Below are positions 36,806-47,143 of a DNA stretch of 64,000 bases, piece by piece. Within the stretch, counting starts at the first letter, position 1; the number at the start of each line of letters is the position of its first letter. The stretch comes from a virus. Below the pieces are notes generated by a model. The model did not search any database. It was not told the origin of the DNA and saw nothing but the letters and a program-made list of their open reading frames with translations. The stretch covers positions 1,541 through 65,540 of IMG/VR virus record IMGVR_UViG_3300037833_000033; one strand, 5' to 3'. A program made the position numbers and the translations under genes.

Positions 36806-37221
36806 ACAATCATCCATTCGTCGCGCAGCTGCCTGACTTCCCTTCAGAGGCTCGGTCAGCCTGGCTGCGTGAGGCGATGTCTCTACGGAAGCGCCCCACA
36901 CGGCCGCCTATCTCCGCCTCAGCCCCTCACCCCACCATCACGCCCAGCGCGAAGCCCACGGCTCCGGCGACGATGGAGCACAGGAGGGCGAGGACGAGGG
37001 GGCGGCCGTCGAAGTCGTCGGGCATGGGCGTGCTCCGAACGTGACGAAGCCCCGGCGATGCGATCGCTCGGGGCGCAGTTACCCTGTTGCCTCGGTGGTG
37101 CCGTGGGCCGGTGCGGGATGACAACCGGGCGTCAACCCGGTGCTCCAAGGGCGGCTTCGAACAATGAAGCGGCCAATCCCGTAAACCTGACACAAAGCCT
37201 GCCCACAGGACCGGAATCCTG

Positions 37222-37845
37222 TCAAGCGGCCTCGACCTGAGACGCCTCCAATTCCACAGGAGTAACGCGACCGAAGATGGACACGCCGACCTTGTAGCGA
37301 CCGGTGCGTTCGTCGGCGTCCTCGACCACGCCAGGGAATGACGCGAACGGCCCGTCGATCACGCGCACCTCGGCACCGATCGCGAGCAGGGCTCCCACCA
37401 ATTCCGCTTCCGTCATGGCCTCGCCCGTAACGAGATCGCAGAACCGCTGCAGCTCCGCGGGGGGAATGCGCATCACCGCCCCATCCGGCCGACGGAGGAT
37501 GCGATCGAGGCCCGGGTGAGATTCTGCCTTCGCGCGCTCGTCGGCGCTCTCCACGCCCACGAACACGACCCTGCGCAGGATCGGCACGCGCATGTCCACG
37601 ATCCGGCCACGCCGCTCGACCCTGACTTCTTCCGACGCCTCGAAGCAGGGAATCCCTGCTTTCGCGAGGTCCTGCATCATGCGCCGGGCCCACCGCGGCC
37701 GCGCACGCAGCAGGTGCCAGGATCGCTGATCGTCAACCTTGAACCGATCGAGGCGGACGCGGATCCGCTGAACCGCCTTCTTGCGCGCCTCACGGGCCCG
37801 GTTCTGTTTCCTCTTGGGTGGGCCCTTCGGCCTCTTCTTCGCCAT
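37222..37845 (-). CDS. NusG-paralogue antiterminator at Q-like position
   Basis: NGN-like N-domain plus [19 protein letters not shown]...[12 protein letters not shown]. Confidence 0.85.
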   Translation of the reverse strand: MAKKRPKGPPKRKQNRAREARKKAVQRIRVRLDRFKVDDQRSWHLLRARPRWARRMMQDLAKAGIPCFEASEEVRVERRGRIVDMRVPILRRVVFVGVESADERAKAESHPGLDRILRRPDGAVMRIPPAELQRFCDLVTGEAMTEAELVGALLAIGAEVRVIDGPFASFPGVVEDADERTGRYKVGVSIFGRVTPVELEASQVEAA

Positions 37846-37849
37846 TGCC

Positions 37850-38350
37850 TTACCCCTCCACTCGGACGACCTCAGACCCCGGCCAGGCGCGCTTCACGGC
37901 CAACAAAGCCCTCAGGCCCTCCACCCCGCCCAGCAGCTCCGCGACCTCGTCAGGGGAGATCCAAACAGCCCCTGTCTCCCCTGCCCGCTCCGCGGCGGCC
38001 TTCTGATGACCGATGGCCAGCACCACCCCGGTCTTCGAACACCTCCCCACGAAGTAGGCGTCGTCCCCCGCCCCGCTCGCTTCCATGCACTCCGCAGCCT
38101 TACGGTACCCCCTGACCAGCGCCGCCCCCTGAATCTCGATGTCGTCCTCGTCACCTTCGACGGAGGCCCGATGCCAGAGATCGAGCTGCTCGTTCAGGCG
38201 GTGCGCTAGATCCGGATCGACCCTCTTTAGTGCGCTCATCGTCCACCGACTCTCGAAGGTCGTCGCCGCCTCCGTGATCTCCTGGACGAGCTTTCTCAGC
38301 CGGCGCTCGAACCGCTCTATGCCTCGCGTCACACGATCAGCCTGCATGGC
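37850..38350 (-). CDS. Hypothetical protein (start approximate)
   Basis: Open frame between primase and nusG-like gene. Confidence 0.55.
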   Translation of the reverse strand, partial: AMQADRVTRGIERFERRLRKLVQEITEAATTFESRWTMSALKRVDPDLAHRLNEQLDLWHRASVEGDEDDIEIQGAALVRGYRKAAECMEASGAGDDAYFVGRCSKTGVVLAIGHQKAAAERAGETGAVWISPDEVAELLGGVEGLRALLAVKRAWPGSEVVRVEG

Positions 38351-38708
38351 GCCCTCCGAGACAGAAGCCTCGGCCCCCGAAGTCTCGCCCTCCCCACTCC
38401 CACCCCCGGGGGATGCGGGGCCACGCCCCACTTCCTCGCGCGCGCGTATTCCCCGCTCCTATAGACATACTCTTTTATCCTTCTTGTTGAGGTTTTCTGA
38501 GAGAACTAAAAAGAAGTGTTGAAGTGTTGCGCTAGAGGCTAAGCCATTGACGGACAAGCCGAATTGGCGCAACACTTGCGCAACAGATGCGGGGGCGGCA
38601 ACACACCGAAGTGTGACCCCAATTTTCGCGCGCAACACTTCGGTCTGTTGCCGCCACACTTCTGTGGCGTGAAGTGTTGCGGGATGTGTGGCGAGGTCAG
38701 AGGCGGGG

Positions 38709-41399
38709 TTAGAATCGTGGTTTCGCATCGCGCAGACCTCCCTGCCGAAGCGGAGCTTTCTCCTCCCCACTTCCCGCCCCCTTCTCCGAGCGGCGGTTCA
38801 CGCCCTCCTGGGTCTGCGCAAGGCCTGCGCAGCCGTTCTTGAGGGGGGCGTCAGAGTGCTCCTGCCAATAACGAAGGCCTGCGCTCGTCAGCCTGATCCC
38901 CGTCACGAAGCGCTCGCCTGCATGCCCCTGATAGCCGTCCACGTCGGCCCAAGGCGCCACGGAGCGGAGGAGAGGCGTGAACTTGTGGGCGCCGAGCGCG
39001 CGCGCGTCATGCCCCTGCTCCTCAAGCTGCCAGCCGTTGAAGGAGCAGCGAAGGTCCTTGCGCGACACCATGGATTCAGGGTCGGGCTGTACGGCGACGC
39101 GCGCCCAGGCCGAGATCGGGCTGTTGTCGTCCTTGAAGCGGTCGATCGCCTGCAGGATGCTTGCCGGCAGGAGGTAGCGGCCGCGGGCGCGCAGGCGGTC
39201 CAGGCCCTCGATCGCCCAGTTCAGGATGCCGGGCCCCTCGAGCTCGACCAGCGTCTCCGCGAGGCCCGCGGTGCCCGTGACTCCCAGCTCCCGCCTGAGC
39301 TCTTCGACCTGGTGCTCCTCAACGACGTTCGTCATGTCGATCACGATGGAGCGGTTGTAGATCGCCTCCGTGGCGTCCCGGGCCCGCGGCATGACGTTCG
39401 TGGTCAGGAGGACGGGAATCTCGAAGGAGGTTCGCAAATAGGTCCGGCCCTTCCGGTTCACGTCGAGCGGCTCGCCCGTCACCACGTTCTTGAAGCGGGC
39501 GCCGTCGATTTCGTCGTTCTCGTTCACGGCGTCGTCGCGGACCCAGGCGCGCGCGCCATGCAGGGTCTGGAGGCCGAACTCCTTCGAGATGTCGACGATG
39601 GAAGGGGAAGCGATTGGGTCGCCGATCAGCCGCCGCAGGATCGTGGCGAGCTGCGTCTTGCCGGTCCGAGAGGGGCCTTTGAGAAACAAGGCTTTCCGCT
39701 GCTCGCGCGCGAGCACCCGGATCGCCAGGGCGGCACCGAAGCACTCCTGGATCACGGCGACGATCTCGCGGCGCTCGAGGTCCGAGCGGTCCCTGAAGCA
39801 GATCTCCAGGAAGCGCAGGGTGCGGGGACATTGAGCCCCGGCCTCGAACGACACGCCGACCTTGCTGCGCGCGAAGTGGGACGGATCGTGAGGAGAGAAG
39901 GCTCGGGACCGGAGGTCGACCATGCCGTTGCCGGCCGCGATCACGTCGCCGCCGTTCCACCGCACCTCGCGGAGGTAGAGGTCGGGATGCTCGTTCAGCC
40001 GCTTCCAGGCTGCGTTCGCGACCTTGCTGTCGCCAGCGCGCCCCATGGCGTCGCAGCCGCGCTGCACGAGCGTGCGCAGCCATTGCTCGTCGGAGGGCGA
40101 CAGGGCGGTCCAGACCCCGTCGCGGTACATCCAGATCTCGCCCTCGGCGAGCAGGATGTCGCCGCCGTCCCGGCGGATCGTTTCGACCACCCCGTCGGCG
40201 ACGATCACCGGGATGGCGTCGGGGGAGGAGGTTTCTTTCTTGACCTTCTTCTTGCGCCTCTCCTCGAGGTGCACCACGGTGCCGGTGCCGGTGGCAAAAA
40301 CAGAAGAGGCTGAAGCAGCAGAGGCCTCCCCCGCCTCTCCGTGCACGGTCTCGTCGCCACGGTGCGCTCGCGTCACCTCTCTGGGTTTTTGCGTGGGGTT
40401 CTTCCTCTGCCAGTCCTCGCACATCCGCCGGATGGCGCGCTCTTCGCGTGTCCAGTTCCAGTTGCGGCCGTCGGCGCCGGCTGCGGCACGGGTGGCAGCC
40501 AGGACGGTGTCGACCACCTGCTCCAGGCCTACCCCCTTCGTCAGCAGGGAGGCCGTCACCGAAAGCTGGGTAGAGTGAATGCTCGTCTCCCCCACCCCCT
40601 GATAGGCCATGGCGGAGAGACGCTGCTCGACGTCGATCGGCGGCTTGAAGCCGAGGCGGGCCGCCACCTCCAGGAAGGGGTTGGCAGCAACAGAAGGGGC
40701 GGAGAGGCCTTGGGCGCCCTCCTTAATTTTTCTTCTGACGACCGGTGAAACGTAGGAGAGCATCTCCTCGATCTCGCCAAGCTCGTAACGGGCATCCCAA
40801 TGAGCGGAGAGGACCGCCACTTCCTTCCACGCCCCATCCTTCGTGTTGTGCGTGCCGGGGAGCCGCATCAGCGCCGCGGGATGGGCGACGGCGAGGTCGC
40901 CCCCCACCAGGTCGGCGAGGAGGCGAAGGGCGGCCTCGACGCGGGAGACAACCTCTTCATTTGCCTCCAGCCCTTCGTTCAAGAGCCAGTACAGGTGCAG
41001 GCCGTTGCCGGAAGCAACCAGAACTGAAGGGGGCAAGGGGAGGGTGGAGACCTTCGCGGAGATCTCCTCGAGGGTGGCTTCGACACTCTTCAGGTCCACG
41101 TCGGCGTGGAGGAGGGAGATCTCCGAGACGTTCACCTTGCTCCTCGGCGAGCCTCCCGCCCTCTCCGGCCGGGCGTCGGGGCGGAGGGTGGAGACGCAGA
41201 AGAAGAGGCCCCGGTCCTTCCGATCCCATTTGCTGACGAACAGATCGACGGTCTCGAGATCCCTCGTCTCGATGCGCTTCTCGCCCGGCTCCCGGTCCCG
41301 AGCGTCGGCATTGGCCAGCGACGACAGGTAGACAGGGTTCACCGTGCCGGGTCCGAAGACCTGGCGGATGAAGGAGGCGGAGGCCGAGAGGGGTGGCAT
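38709..41399 (-). CDS. Primase (RepB/AEP-like) - SF3 helicase fusion
   Basis: DVD, SGNGLHLYW, RLPGTHN; Walker A GPSRTGKT; P4/D5-like C-terminus. Confidence 0.88.
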   Translation of the reverse strand: MPPLSASASFIRQVFGPGTVNPVYLSSLANADARDREPGEKRIETRDLETVDLFVSKWDRKDRGLFFCVSTLRPDARPERAGGSPRSKVNVSEISLLHADVDLKSVEATLEEISAKVSTLPLPPSVLVASGNGLHLYWLLNEGLEANEEVVSRVEAALRLLADLVGGDLAVAHPAALMRLPGTHNTKDGAWKEVAVLSAHWDARYELGEIEEMLSYVSPVVRRKIKEGAQGLSAPSVAANPFLEVAARLGFKPPIDVEQRLSAMAYQGVGETSIHSTQLSVTASLLTKGVGLEQVVDTVLAATRAAAGADGRNWNWTREERAIRRMCEDWQRKNPTQKPREVTRAHRGDETVHGEAGEASAASASSVFATGTGTVVHLEERRKKKVKKETSSPDAIPVIVADGVVETIRRDGGDILLAEGEIWMYRDGVWTALSPSDEQWLRTLVQRGCDAMGRAGDSKVANAAWKRLNEHPDLYLREVRWNGGDVIAAGNGMVDLRSRAFSPHDPSHFARSKVGVSFEAGAQCPRTLRFLEICFRDRSDLERREIVAVIQECFGAALAIRVLAREQRKALFLKGPSRTGKTQLATILRRLIGDPIASPSIVDISKEFGLQTLHGARAWVRDDAVNENDEIDGARFKNVVTGEPLDVNRKGRTYLRTSFEIPVLLTTNVMPRARDATEAIYNRSIVIDMTNVVEEHQVEELRRELGVTGTAGLAETLVELEGPGILNWAIEGLDRLRARGRYLLPASILQAIDRFKDDNSPISAWARVAVQPDPESMVSRKDLRCSFNGWQLEEQGHDARALGAHKFTPLLRSVAPWADVDGYQGHAGERFVTGIRLTSAGLRYWQEHSDAPLKNGCAGLAQTQEGVNRRSEKGAGSGEEKAPLRQGGLRDAKPRF

Positions 41400-41473
41400 G
41401 TTGCGGTTGGCGCCTGTCTACGATCTGTTGTGGTGCCGGGAGGGGTCTGCTCACCCCTCCCGGCAGATGCGCT

Positions 41474-42232
41474 TCAGAACCGCGTCTCGGCGGCCGCGGC
41501 CTTGCTGCGGCCGCTAGCCCTCGAAGTGGCGGGCTTCGGATCCTCGAACGGGATCTCGGGGCCTTCGTCCGCCTCCCCGCCCCCTTCTCCGGAAGCCTCG
41601 TCGGCCGCGGCGAGCGCCTCCACGAAGGCTTCCTTCCCGACCCAGCCGACTACGTCGAACTTCGGAGTGAAGATCTTCCCGTAGGCCTTGTTGGGATGCT
41701 TGTAGGAATCGACGTTGAGCGCGATCACCGGGAACTGGTCCGGACGCTGGCGCATGTGCTTGCCGAAGATCCCGGCAAGCTTGCCGATCGCGTTGAGCCC
41801 ACCCTTTGAGGAGGTCGCGAAGGTGAAGAGGTCGTCGCTATCCGTCGCCTTCAGGATGAGGTAGTTCGTGAGCTGCCAGGGGTCGCGCGGCTGACCCTGA
41901 TCGACCTCCCACTCGTCCTCGTCGGTGTCGCCGAGCTCGGCGCGCTTGGGCGGCACATAGCCCTCAGCGACCCGCCCCATGATCATGTCGACGGGCTTGC
42001 TGTCCTCCCACTTCACCCAGCCGATCATCAGCTCGTCCATGTTGGCGACGAGCTGGGTGCCTTCCTCGACCTCGTCGCCGTTCTGACCGGCCGTGTACTC
42101 GCCCTTCGAGAACTTCAGGAGGTCGCCGACGATGCGATTCCGAGAGGTAGATTCCGCATACGCCTCGAAGGCGTTCTTGGAAGAGCCGGCGGCCAGATCG
42201 GTGCCGGTGGAGCGCGTTGTCATCTGGTTCAT
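41474..42232 (-). CDS. Putative phage single-stranded DNA-binding protein
   Basis: LKFSKG..., DPWQ, acidic tail with EIPF; beside exonuclease. Confidence 0.6.
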   Translation of the reverse strand: MNQMTTRSTGTDLAAGSSKNAFEAYAESTSRNRIVGDLLKFSKGEYTAGQNGDEVEEGTQLVANMDELMIGWVKWEDSKPVDMIMGRVAEGYVPPKRAELGDTDEDEWEVDQGQPRDPWQLTNYLILKATDSDDLFTFATSSKGGLNAIGKLAGIFGKHMRQRPDQFPVIALNVDSYKHPNKAYGKIFTPKFDVVGWVGKEAFVEALAAADEASGEGGGEADEGPEIPFEDPKPATSRASGRSKAAAAETRF

Positions 42233-42254
42233 CGTTTTCTCGCTTCTCGCTTTG

Positions 42255-43403
42255 CTATGCGGCCACAGCCGCAGGGATCCCGGCAGAGGCCGGAATGGGG
42301 GTGGAAAGGCAGGACGAAGGGGCGCTGCTGTTTGCCCCCTCCCCTTCGCTGATCGTGATCACCAGGCGGTCCGTAGGATCGCCGACGGTCTCGAACCGAG
42401 AGAGATCCACGCCGGCGGCGGCGGCCGCCTCACGGATGCCCTTCATGTCGTAGGCGGGCCGGCCCTTGACGGGTGACCATGTGACGGAGACGCCAGGGGC
42501 CGAGAGACGACGGGTACCGGAGGCCGCCAGGAGATCGCGGATTTGGTGCTCGAGTTCGCGAGCGTCCTGCTCCAGGGCGGCCGCGGAGGTCTTGAGCTCC
42601 TTCGCGTCGCGCGCCATGGCGGCGATCTGGTCGGCGAGGGCGCGGTCGACGGTGGAGGACGCCTCCGGAACCCTCGCGGCCCTCTGTCTTCCGCACGCCG
42701 TCGTGAAGGGGCAGAACTCGCACTCACGCCCTCCTGCGATCACGCCCTCAGGGCGGATGGAGGAGACGTCTGTGGCCGTCATGATCGAGACGGCGCGAGC
42801 CTGAGCGGCGGAGAAGATGGCCGGGTCGAACTTGACCGGGAACTCCCTCACTTCGTCCCAGAACGAGGTGTCGGTGTAGGACAGAAGGGCATAGGAGGGC
42901 CGGTGTGAGGTCCGCGCCCTCACCAATCCCATCTGCACCTGCACCTGGTACACGTGCTCTGGTTTCGCCTCGTCGAGGCGGGTGCGCGGGTCCGCGGTTT
43001 TGCACTCGACCAACAAACAGTCGGAGAGGATGTCTTCCACCCCCGTGTGCCGGAGGACGTCCCGCTCCAGGCCCACGATCAGCCCGTCCGGCGTGGCGGA
43101 CAGGAAGCCATCAACAAAGGTGCGCTGGTCTGCCCCCGCGAAAAGGAGGCGGTCCCCGAACTCGCGCCGAAGCGCCGGCTCCCACCAGTGGTTCTCGTAG
43201 ACGGAGCCGCGCACGCGGGCGCCCCAGCGGTCGGAGAAGTCGCCGTCGCGCGCGCGGCCATAGACGTGATCTCCCTCGTTCTTGGCGAAGAACGTCTTGC
43301 GGGCGCACTGCCCGATCTCGGACGCGCCGATCGTCTGGGAGCGGTCGGTCTCCCACTCGCGGGCGGAGGCGAGAGCATAGGTGTTCAGAGCGTCGCGGAT
43401 CAT
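42255..43403 (-). CDS. Cas4-like PD-(D/E)XK exonuclease
   Basis: GASEIGQC, ATPDG, VECKT, YQVQ.QMG, C..CPF...C. Confidence 0.8.
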   Translation of the reverse strand: MIRDALNTYALASAREWETDRSQTIGASEIGQCARKTFFAKNEGDHVYGRARDGDFSDRWGARVRGSVYENHWWEPALRREFGDRLLFAGADQRTFVDGFLSATPDGLIVGLERDVLRHTGVEDILSDCLLVECKTADPRTRLDEAKPEHVYQVQVQMGLVRARTSHRPSYALLSYTDTSFWDEVREFPVKFDPAIFSAAQARAVSIMTATDVSSIRPEGVIAGGRECEFCPFTTACGRQRAARVPEASSTVDRALADQIAAMARDAKELKTSAAALEQDARELEHQIRDLLAASGTRRLSAPGVSVTWSPVKGRPAYDMKGIREAAAAAGVDLSRFETVGDPTDRLVITISEGEGANSSAPSSCLSTPIPASAGIPAAVAA

Positions 43404-43894
43404 GACAACAGGCCCTCCGAAGAGACGCGATGACCATTCACGCGCTGCAGCTTCTTCGGTTTGCGCCACTGCACTGAGTTGCCGGCGCGCCGCCACAGAG
43501 CGACAGGGCGACGAACCGTGAGAAGGGGTGCGAGCTCAGCCCAGGAATACGCGGCCGCTGCAGGCGGGCCGGCGAGAGCCCCGACGGGGTAGTCAGGCAG
43601 CCCCCGAGGTGCCATTCCGAGCAGCAGAACCTGGACATCGCGCCAGTGCGCAACGGCCTTTGCGAACTCCGGCAGGCGAGCCATTTCCCCATCGGGCTCT
43701 GCCGGCTTCACTTCGACGAAGACCGGGCACAGGGGCGTCCTGATGACGAAGTCCGGACACCACCCTTCGAGGTCCAGGGGCTCGTAGTCCCAGGTCCATC
43801 CGCACAGGTCGAAGAACGCCGCCCAGCGAGCTTCCAGGCGCGAGCGGAAGCGCGTGCCGCCGTAGGTGGTGGGGATTGCCTTGATTAGCATCAC
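43400..43894 (-). CDS. PD-(D/E)XK-like nuclease
   Basis: FRSRLEARWA.FFD...YEP...PDF...VEVKP. Confidence 0.75.
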   Translation of the reverse strand: MMLIKAIPTTYGGTRFRSRLEARWAAFFDLCGWTWDYEPLDLEGWCPDFVIRTPLCPVFVEVKPAEPDGEMARLPEFAKAVAHWRDVQVLLLGMAPRGLPDYPVGALAGPPAAAAYSWAELAPLLTVRRPVALWRRAGNSVQWRKPKKLQRVNGHRVSSEGLLS

Positions 43895-44358
43895 CTCACC
43901 CCCATCAAATCTTTGATCTGGAAGAAGGCCTTAGGCTCCTCGCCGGGAAGATCGTCGTCGAAGGGTGGGAGCCCCTCGCGGAGGCGGAGGAGGGTGATAA
44001 GGCGGCTGATCTCCTGGAGGAGATCGAACCGAGCGTCCAAGGGCATTGCCTGAATCCAGGTCGCCTGCTCCACGAGGCGGATCAGGGCGGGGGCTGAGGA
44101 GAGCGTCATGGTGCGGACGAACCCCAACAGGCCTTTCACCTCACGACCGAAGGACCCGGTGAGGAGGTCCTCCACCTTTTGTCGCCGCCATCTTCTGTAC
44201 AGGCGGCCGAGCTTCTCCTCGTCGCGCAGCTCCTTCTCGGCTTCGGCGGCGCGGGAAGCACGGGCCTCGGCAGCCTTCAGCCGCTGTTTGACGGGCGCGA
44301 CGATCTGGGTGTCCGCCAGCGCCTCGAAGGGATTCGGGATGGGGGCGTGAGCGTTCAT
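43891..44358 (-). CDS. Hypothetical phage protein
   Basis: Coupled in replication operon. Confidence 0.6.
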   Translation of the reverse strand: MNAHAPIPNPFEALADTQIVAPVKQRLKAAEARASRAAEAEKELRDEEKLGRLYRRWRRQKVEDLLTGSFGREVKGLLGFVRTMTLSSAPALIRLVEQATWIQAMPLDARFDLLQEISRLITLLRLREGLPPFDDDLPGEEPKAFFQIKDLMGVR

Positions 44359-44729
44359 AGCCCCATCCCCCGTCCGGCTTCGCCGCGCAGGCGCGCCGCT
44401 TCATGGGCTTCCGTCATCGACGGATAGAAGGCGCGCTCGAGGACGAGGAGCGCTTCGGAAGGATCGCGGCGCCGCAGCAGGGATATCGCCTCCTCGACAG
44501 CGTCATGCAGCGGGTGCATGTCCATCTCGAGATGGTCGACGACGATCTCGCTTGCTTCCCACTTCGTGAGGACACTCAGGAGCTCGGTTATGACGTCACC
44601 GGTCCGCTCGACGGGGACCGCATTGCACAGGGCTTGGAGGGACGACCTGGCGATGACGCTCCCGTCATCGTCAAGGACGTCGACGGTTTCGGACAGGTCG
44701 GTCACAGAGGTGTTCTTCTGCTCACTCAT
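44355..44729 (-). CDS. Hypothetical phage protein
   Basis: Coupled in replication operon. Confidence 0.55.
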   Translation of the reverse strand: MSEQKNTSVTDLSETVDVLDDDGSVIARSSLQALCNAVPVERTGDVITELLSVLTKWEASEIVVDHLEMDMHPLHDAVEEAISLLRRRDPSEALLVLERAFYPSMTEAHEAARLRGEAGRGMGL

Positions 44730-45063
44730 GCTCGCCCGCCCTCCGCGGCCGCTGCATCGGCTGGGGATGGTCTGCCGCCGCAAAGTGCCGGCACGCAGAC
44801 GCGCCGTGAGGCACGTTCCCGCCGCGCTGATGCGTGAGCTGCTGATAGCGGGCGCAGGGCGCAGGGCGTGGCCCGCCGCCGTTCTTGCCGCCTTCCGCGA
44901 ACCAGGTGCTCGTCTTCATCCAGAAGACGCACTCCCGGCAGGTGCGGCCTGCGGGACCTGTACCGGCGAAGTGGGCCATGCCGACGTGCGTGCCGCGGGC
45001 CCGGCGGATCACGTCCTCCTGACCTTCGCGGTTCAGCCCATGGGTGACCTGGAACAGGGACAT
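44722..45063 (-). CDS. Cys-containing hypothetical protein
   Basis: HFAGTGPAGRTCREC...C...ACRHF. Confidence 0.55.
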   Translation of the reverse strand: MSLFQVTHGLNREGQEDVIRRARGTHVGMAHFAGTGPAGRTCRECVFWMKTSTWFAEGGKNGGGPRPAPCARYQQLTHQRGGNVPHGASACRHFAAADHPQPMQRPRRAGEHE

Positions 45064-45278
45064 CAGCGGCCCCCTGTCATCATACGACGGTGAATGTCGC
45101 GGGCGCGCTGACGCTCGGCGTCTTCCGCGGCGCGTGCTGCGCGCTTCGCACGCTCGGTCGCCCAGTAATCCTTCTGAGCCTGCGTGACGCGCGGGTTCGC
45201 CTCACAGGCTGGGTTGTCGCAAGCGGGTGCAGCGTGAGGGTAGCCGCAGGCCGGGCAGGTGATGTTGCGTTCGCTCAT
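45063..45278 (-). CDS. Small Zn-finger protein
   Basis: CPAC...C...C. Confidence 0.5.
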   Translation of the reverse strand: MSERNITCPACGYPHAAPACDNPACEANPRVTQAQKDYWATERAKRAARAAEDAERQRARDIHRRMMTGGR

Positions 45279-45280
45279 CG

Positions 45281-45673
45281 TCAGAACCCCGTCGCCAATT
45301 CGGCGTTGGAGCGGACCCGCGCCCTCTTCGGCGGCAGACCCCAGGCCTCGAAGGCGGCCTTGGCCTCTTCCAAACTCTCGACCTCGGCGACGTCGAACCC
45401 GTCGGCACGAAGGTCGCGGATGTAGGCGATCTGGCGATAGCTGTAGGTGCCGCCCGGCCGCTTCACCTCCATGAAGTAGGCGCGCCCCTGGCAGTAGATG
45501 CTGAGGTCCGGATGGCCTGCCTCCACGCCCTCCCGCTTGAAGCGGATCGCCTCGACCGCGGCCCTGCGGCCGCCATTGGCGGCGTGGTGGATCTTCCCGG
45601 CGTAGGTCCGTCGGTAGAAGACCACGATGGAAGTCTGGATCTCCGACTCCCTGTAGCTGCGGCGGCCTGCCAT
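45281..45673 (-). CDS. VRR-NUC domain nuclease
   Basis: E.EIQ...H.ANGG...GV.AG.PDL...MEVK. Confidence 0.85.
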   Translation of the reverse strand: MAGRRSYRESEIQTSIVVFYRRTYAGKIHHAANGGRRAAVEAIRFKREGVEAGHPDLSIYCQGRAYFMEVKRPGGTYSYRQIAYIRDLRADGFDVAEVESLEEAKAAFEAWGLPPKRARVRSNAELATGF

Positions 45674-46137
45674 CACGCCCCCTCCCCGCAGGTCCGGAGC
45701 CCCATGGAGCGCAACGCGTGCAGGATCGTCGTGTGGTCGCGACCGAACTGCTGGGCGAGCCACGGCAGGCTGCGGTGCGGGAAAGCGAGCCGGACTTCCC
45801 TGATCGCCTCCCAGCGCGCCGTCTTCACGGGCCGACAACGGGAGGGGCCCAGAAGGGTGGAGGCCGTCATGCCGTGCCGAGCGGCGACTGTGGCAATGAT
45901 CTGCCGGGGTGTCGGCTTGTCGCCGACGGTCGCGCGGTACTGCTCGAGCTGCTCCTGGAAAATCTGCTCGTCCAAACTAACGAGGGCGGGGGCGGGCTCT
46001 TCGGCCGGGATGGGCTTCGGGCCCGGGGCCGGAGCCCTCTTCCCGCGCTCGAACTCCTGGCCCGCACGCACCATGCGGGCACGGGCGGCGCGGAAGCGCG
46101 CGTTCATCTCCTCGAGGGTCCGGGGCTCGGGGGTCAT
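45673..46137 (-). CDS. DnaA C-terminal (domain IV)-like HTH protein
   Basis: GPSR...ARW......SLP.LA..FGRDHTTILHA. Confidence 0.8.
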   Translation of the reverse strand: MTPEPRTLEEMNARFRAARARMVRAGQEFERGKRAPAPGPKPIPAEEPAPALVSLDEQIFQEQLEQYRATVGDKPTPRQIIATVAARHGMTASTLLGPSRCRPVKTARWEAIREVRLAFPHRSLPWLAQQFGRDHTTILHALRSMGLRTCGEGA

Positions 46138-46652
46138 GAAGCCCTCCCGGTCCGCAGGCCGACGACGTTGGCGGGCTGGGCGCCGAGGTCGTTTTCCAGT
46201 TCGGCTACGTCCGTGGCGACGTTGCGAGCCCGGGCGACGATGCGCTGTACCTCAGCAGGATCGGTCCGTCCGTCGGCCGCGGCCTTCATGAGCTCGGTCT
46301 GCAGGGCGGAGACCGATTCCGTGATGTCGATCGCGTGGTTGAGGAGCGCCGCGCCGTTCTCAACCGGCTCGGCCGCAGGCACCATACGATTGCCCGAGCA
46401 GTGCACCAGGAGCTGCAGGAGCCGCGACTCCCCTCCCCGGCGGCGGAGCTGCAGGATCGAATCCAGGATCACATCGGCCGGGACCTGGTGACCTTTGTTC
46501 TCCTCGCTGATGTTCGTGCAGCGCGAGATGCGGGCCGCGTCGAGCCGGGTGCGCCGGGCGAATGCCGTGACGCCGCCGAGCTGCTCGACGTCCTCGTCGA
46601 AGGCCGCCTTGATGGCCTTCTCCAGATCGGTGTTCTCGTCCCAGGGGGTCAT
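46134..46652 (-). CDS. CII-like regulator
   Basis: Directly after cro; helical HTH, ITESVS.L..A.ADG. Confidence 0.6.
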   Translation of the reverse strand: MTPWDENTDLEKAIKAAFDEDVEQLGGVTAFARRTRLDAARISRCTNISEENKGHQVPADVILDSILQLRRRGGESRLLQLLVHCSGNRMVPAAEPVENGAALLNHAIDITESVSALQTELMKAAADGRTDPAEVQRIVARARNVATDVAELENDLGAQPANVVGLRTGRAS

Positions 46653-46830
46653 GCAACGTTCTCGAACTGAATTGACGTGACGGGTGGTCAGGCGGTCGGC
46701 ACGGTGCTGGCGTGGAAGACGTGCTCAACGAGAGGACCGGAATGCGCGGGTCGGGCGGCGACGATGGCTGGGGCATGCCCAACCCGCGCACCTCCGCTCG
46801 GCCCCAGGGGGAAAGGGACGAGGGAAGGCA

Positions 46831-47043
46831 TCAGGCGGCCTCGCCTTGCCGCGGGGCCGGATAGATGTCGGGGCGAAGTTCGTGGCGGGGGATGCCAGTC
46901 AGGCGTTCCAGGTCCAGCACGCGCTCGACCGGGATGCGCTGCTTTGCGCGCCATTCTGAAACGGCGTTTCTGCTGATCCCGAGGCGGCGGGCGAGCGCCG
47001 CTCCACCCCCGTAAGCCTCGATAGCGCGATCGACGACGTTCAT
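46831..47043 (-). CDS. cro: Cro-like repressor
   Basis: GGGAALARRLGISRNAVSEW...IP.ERV...LRPDIY; divergent from cI. Confidence 0.85.
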   Translation of the reverse strand: MNVVDRAIEAYGGGAALARRLGISRNAVSEWRAKQRIPVERVLDLERLTGIPRHELRPDIYPAPRQGEAA

Positions 47044-47068
47044 GCTCCAACCTCTCAGTCCCGCCGTT

Positions 47069-47097
47069 TGTAATTTATCACTTAGCAATCTGTCAAG
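47069..47097 (-). promoter_or_regulatory. PR-like promoter/operator (CTTGACAGATTGCTAAGTGATAAATTACA)
   Basis: Between cro and cI; TTGACA; 28/29 identical to 56622..56650. Confidence 0.8.
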
Positions 47098-47143
47098 TGA
47101 TACTCATGCTGACGGCTGTCAAGGACCGCTTTACAAAATCGCT

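Noticed and set aside
37030-37225. Late promoter and structured leader after the nusG paralogue
   Set aside because: TTGACA is present at 37220-37225, but there is no convincing -10 and no fold I can support, so it is left uncalled.
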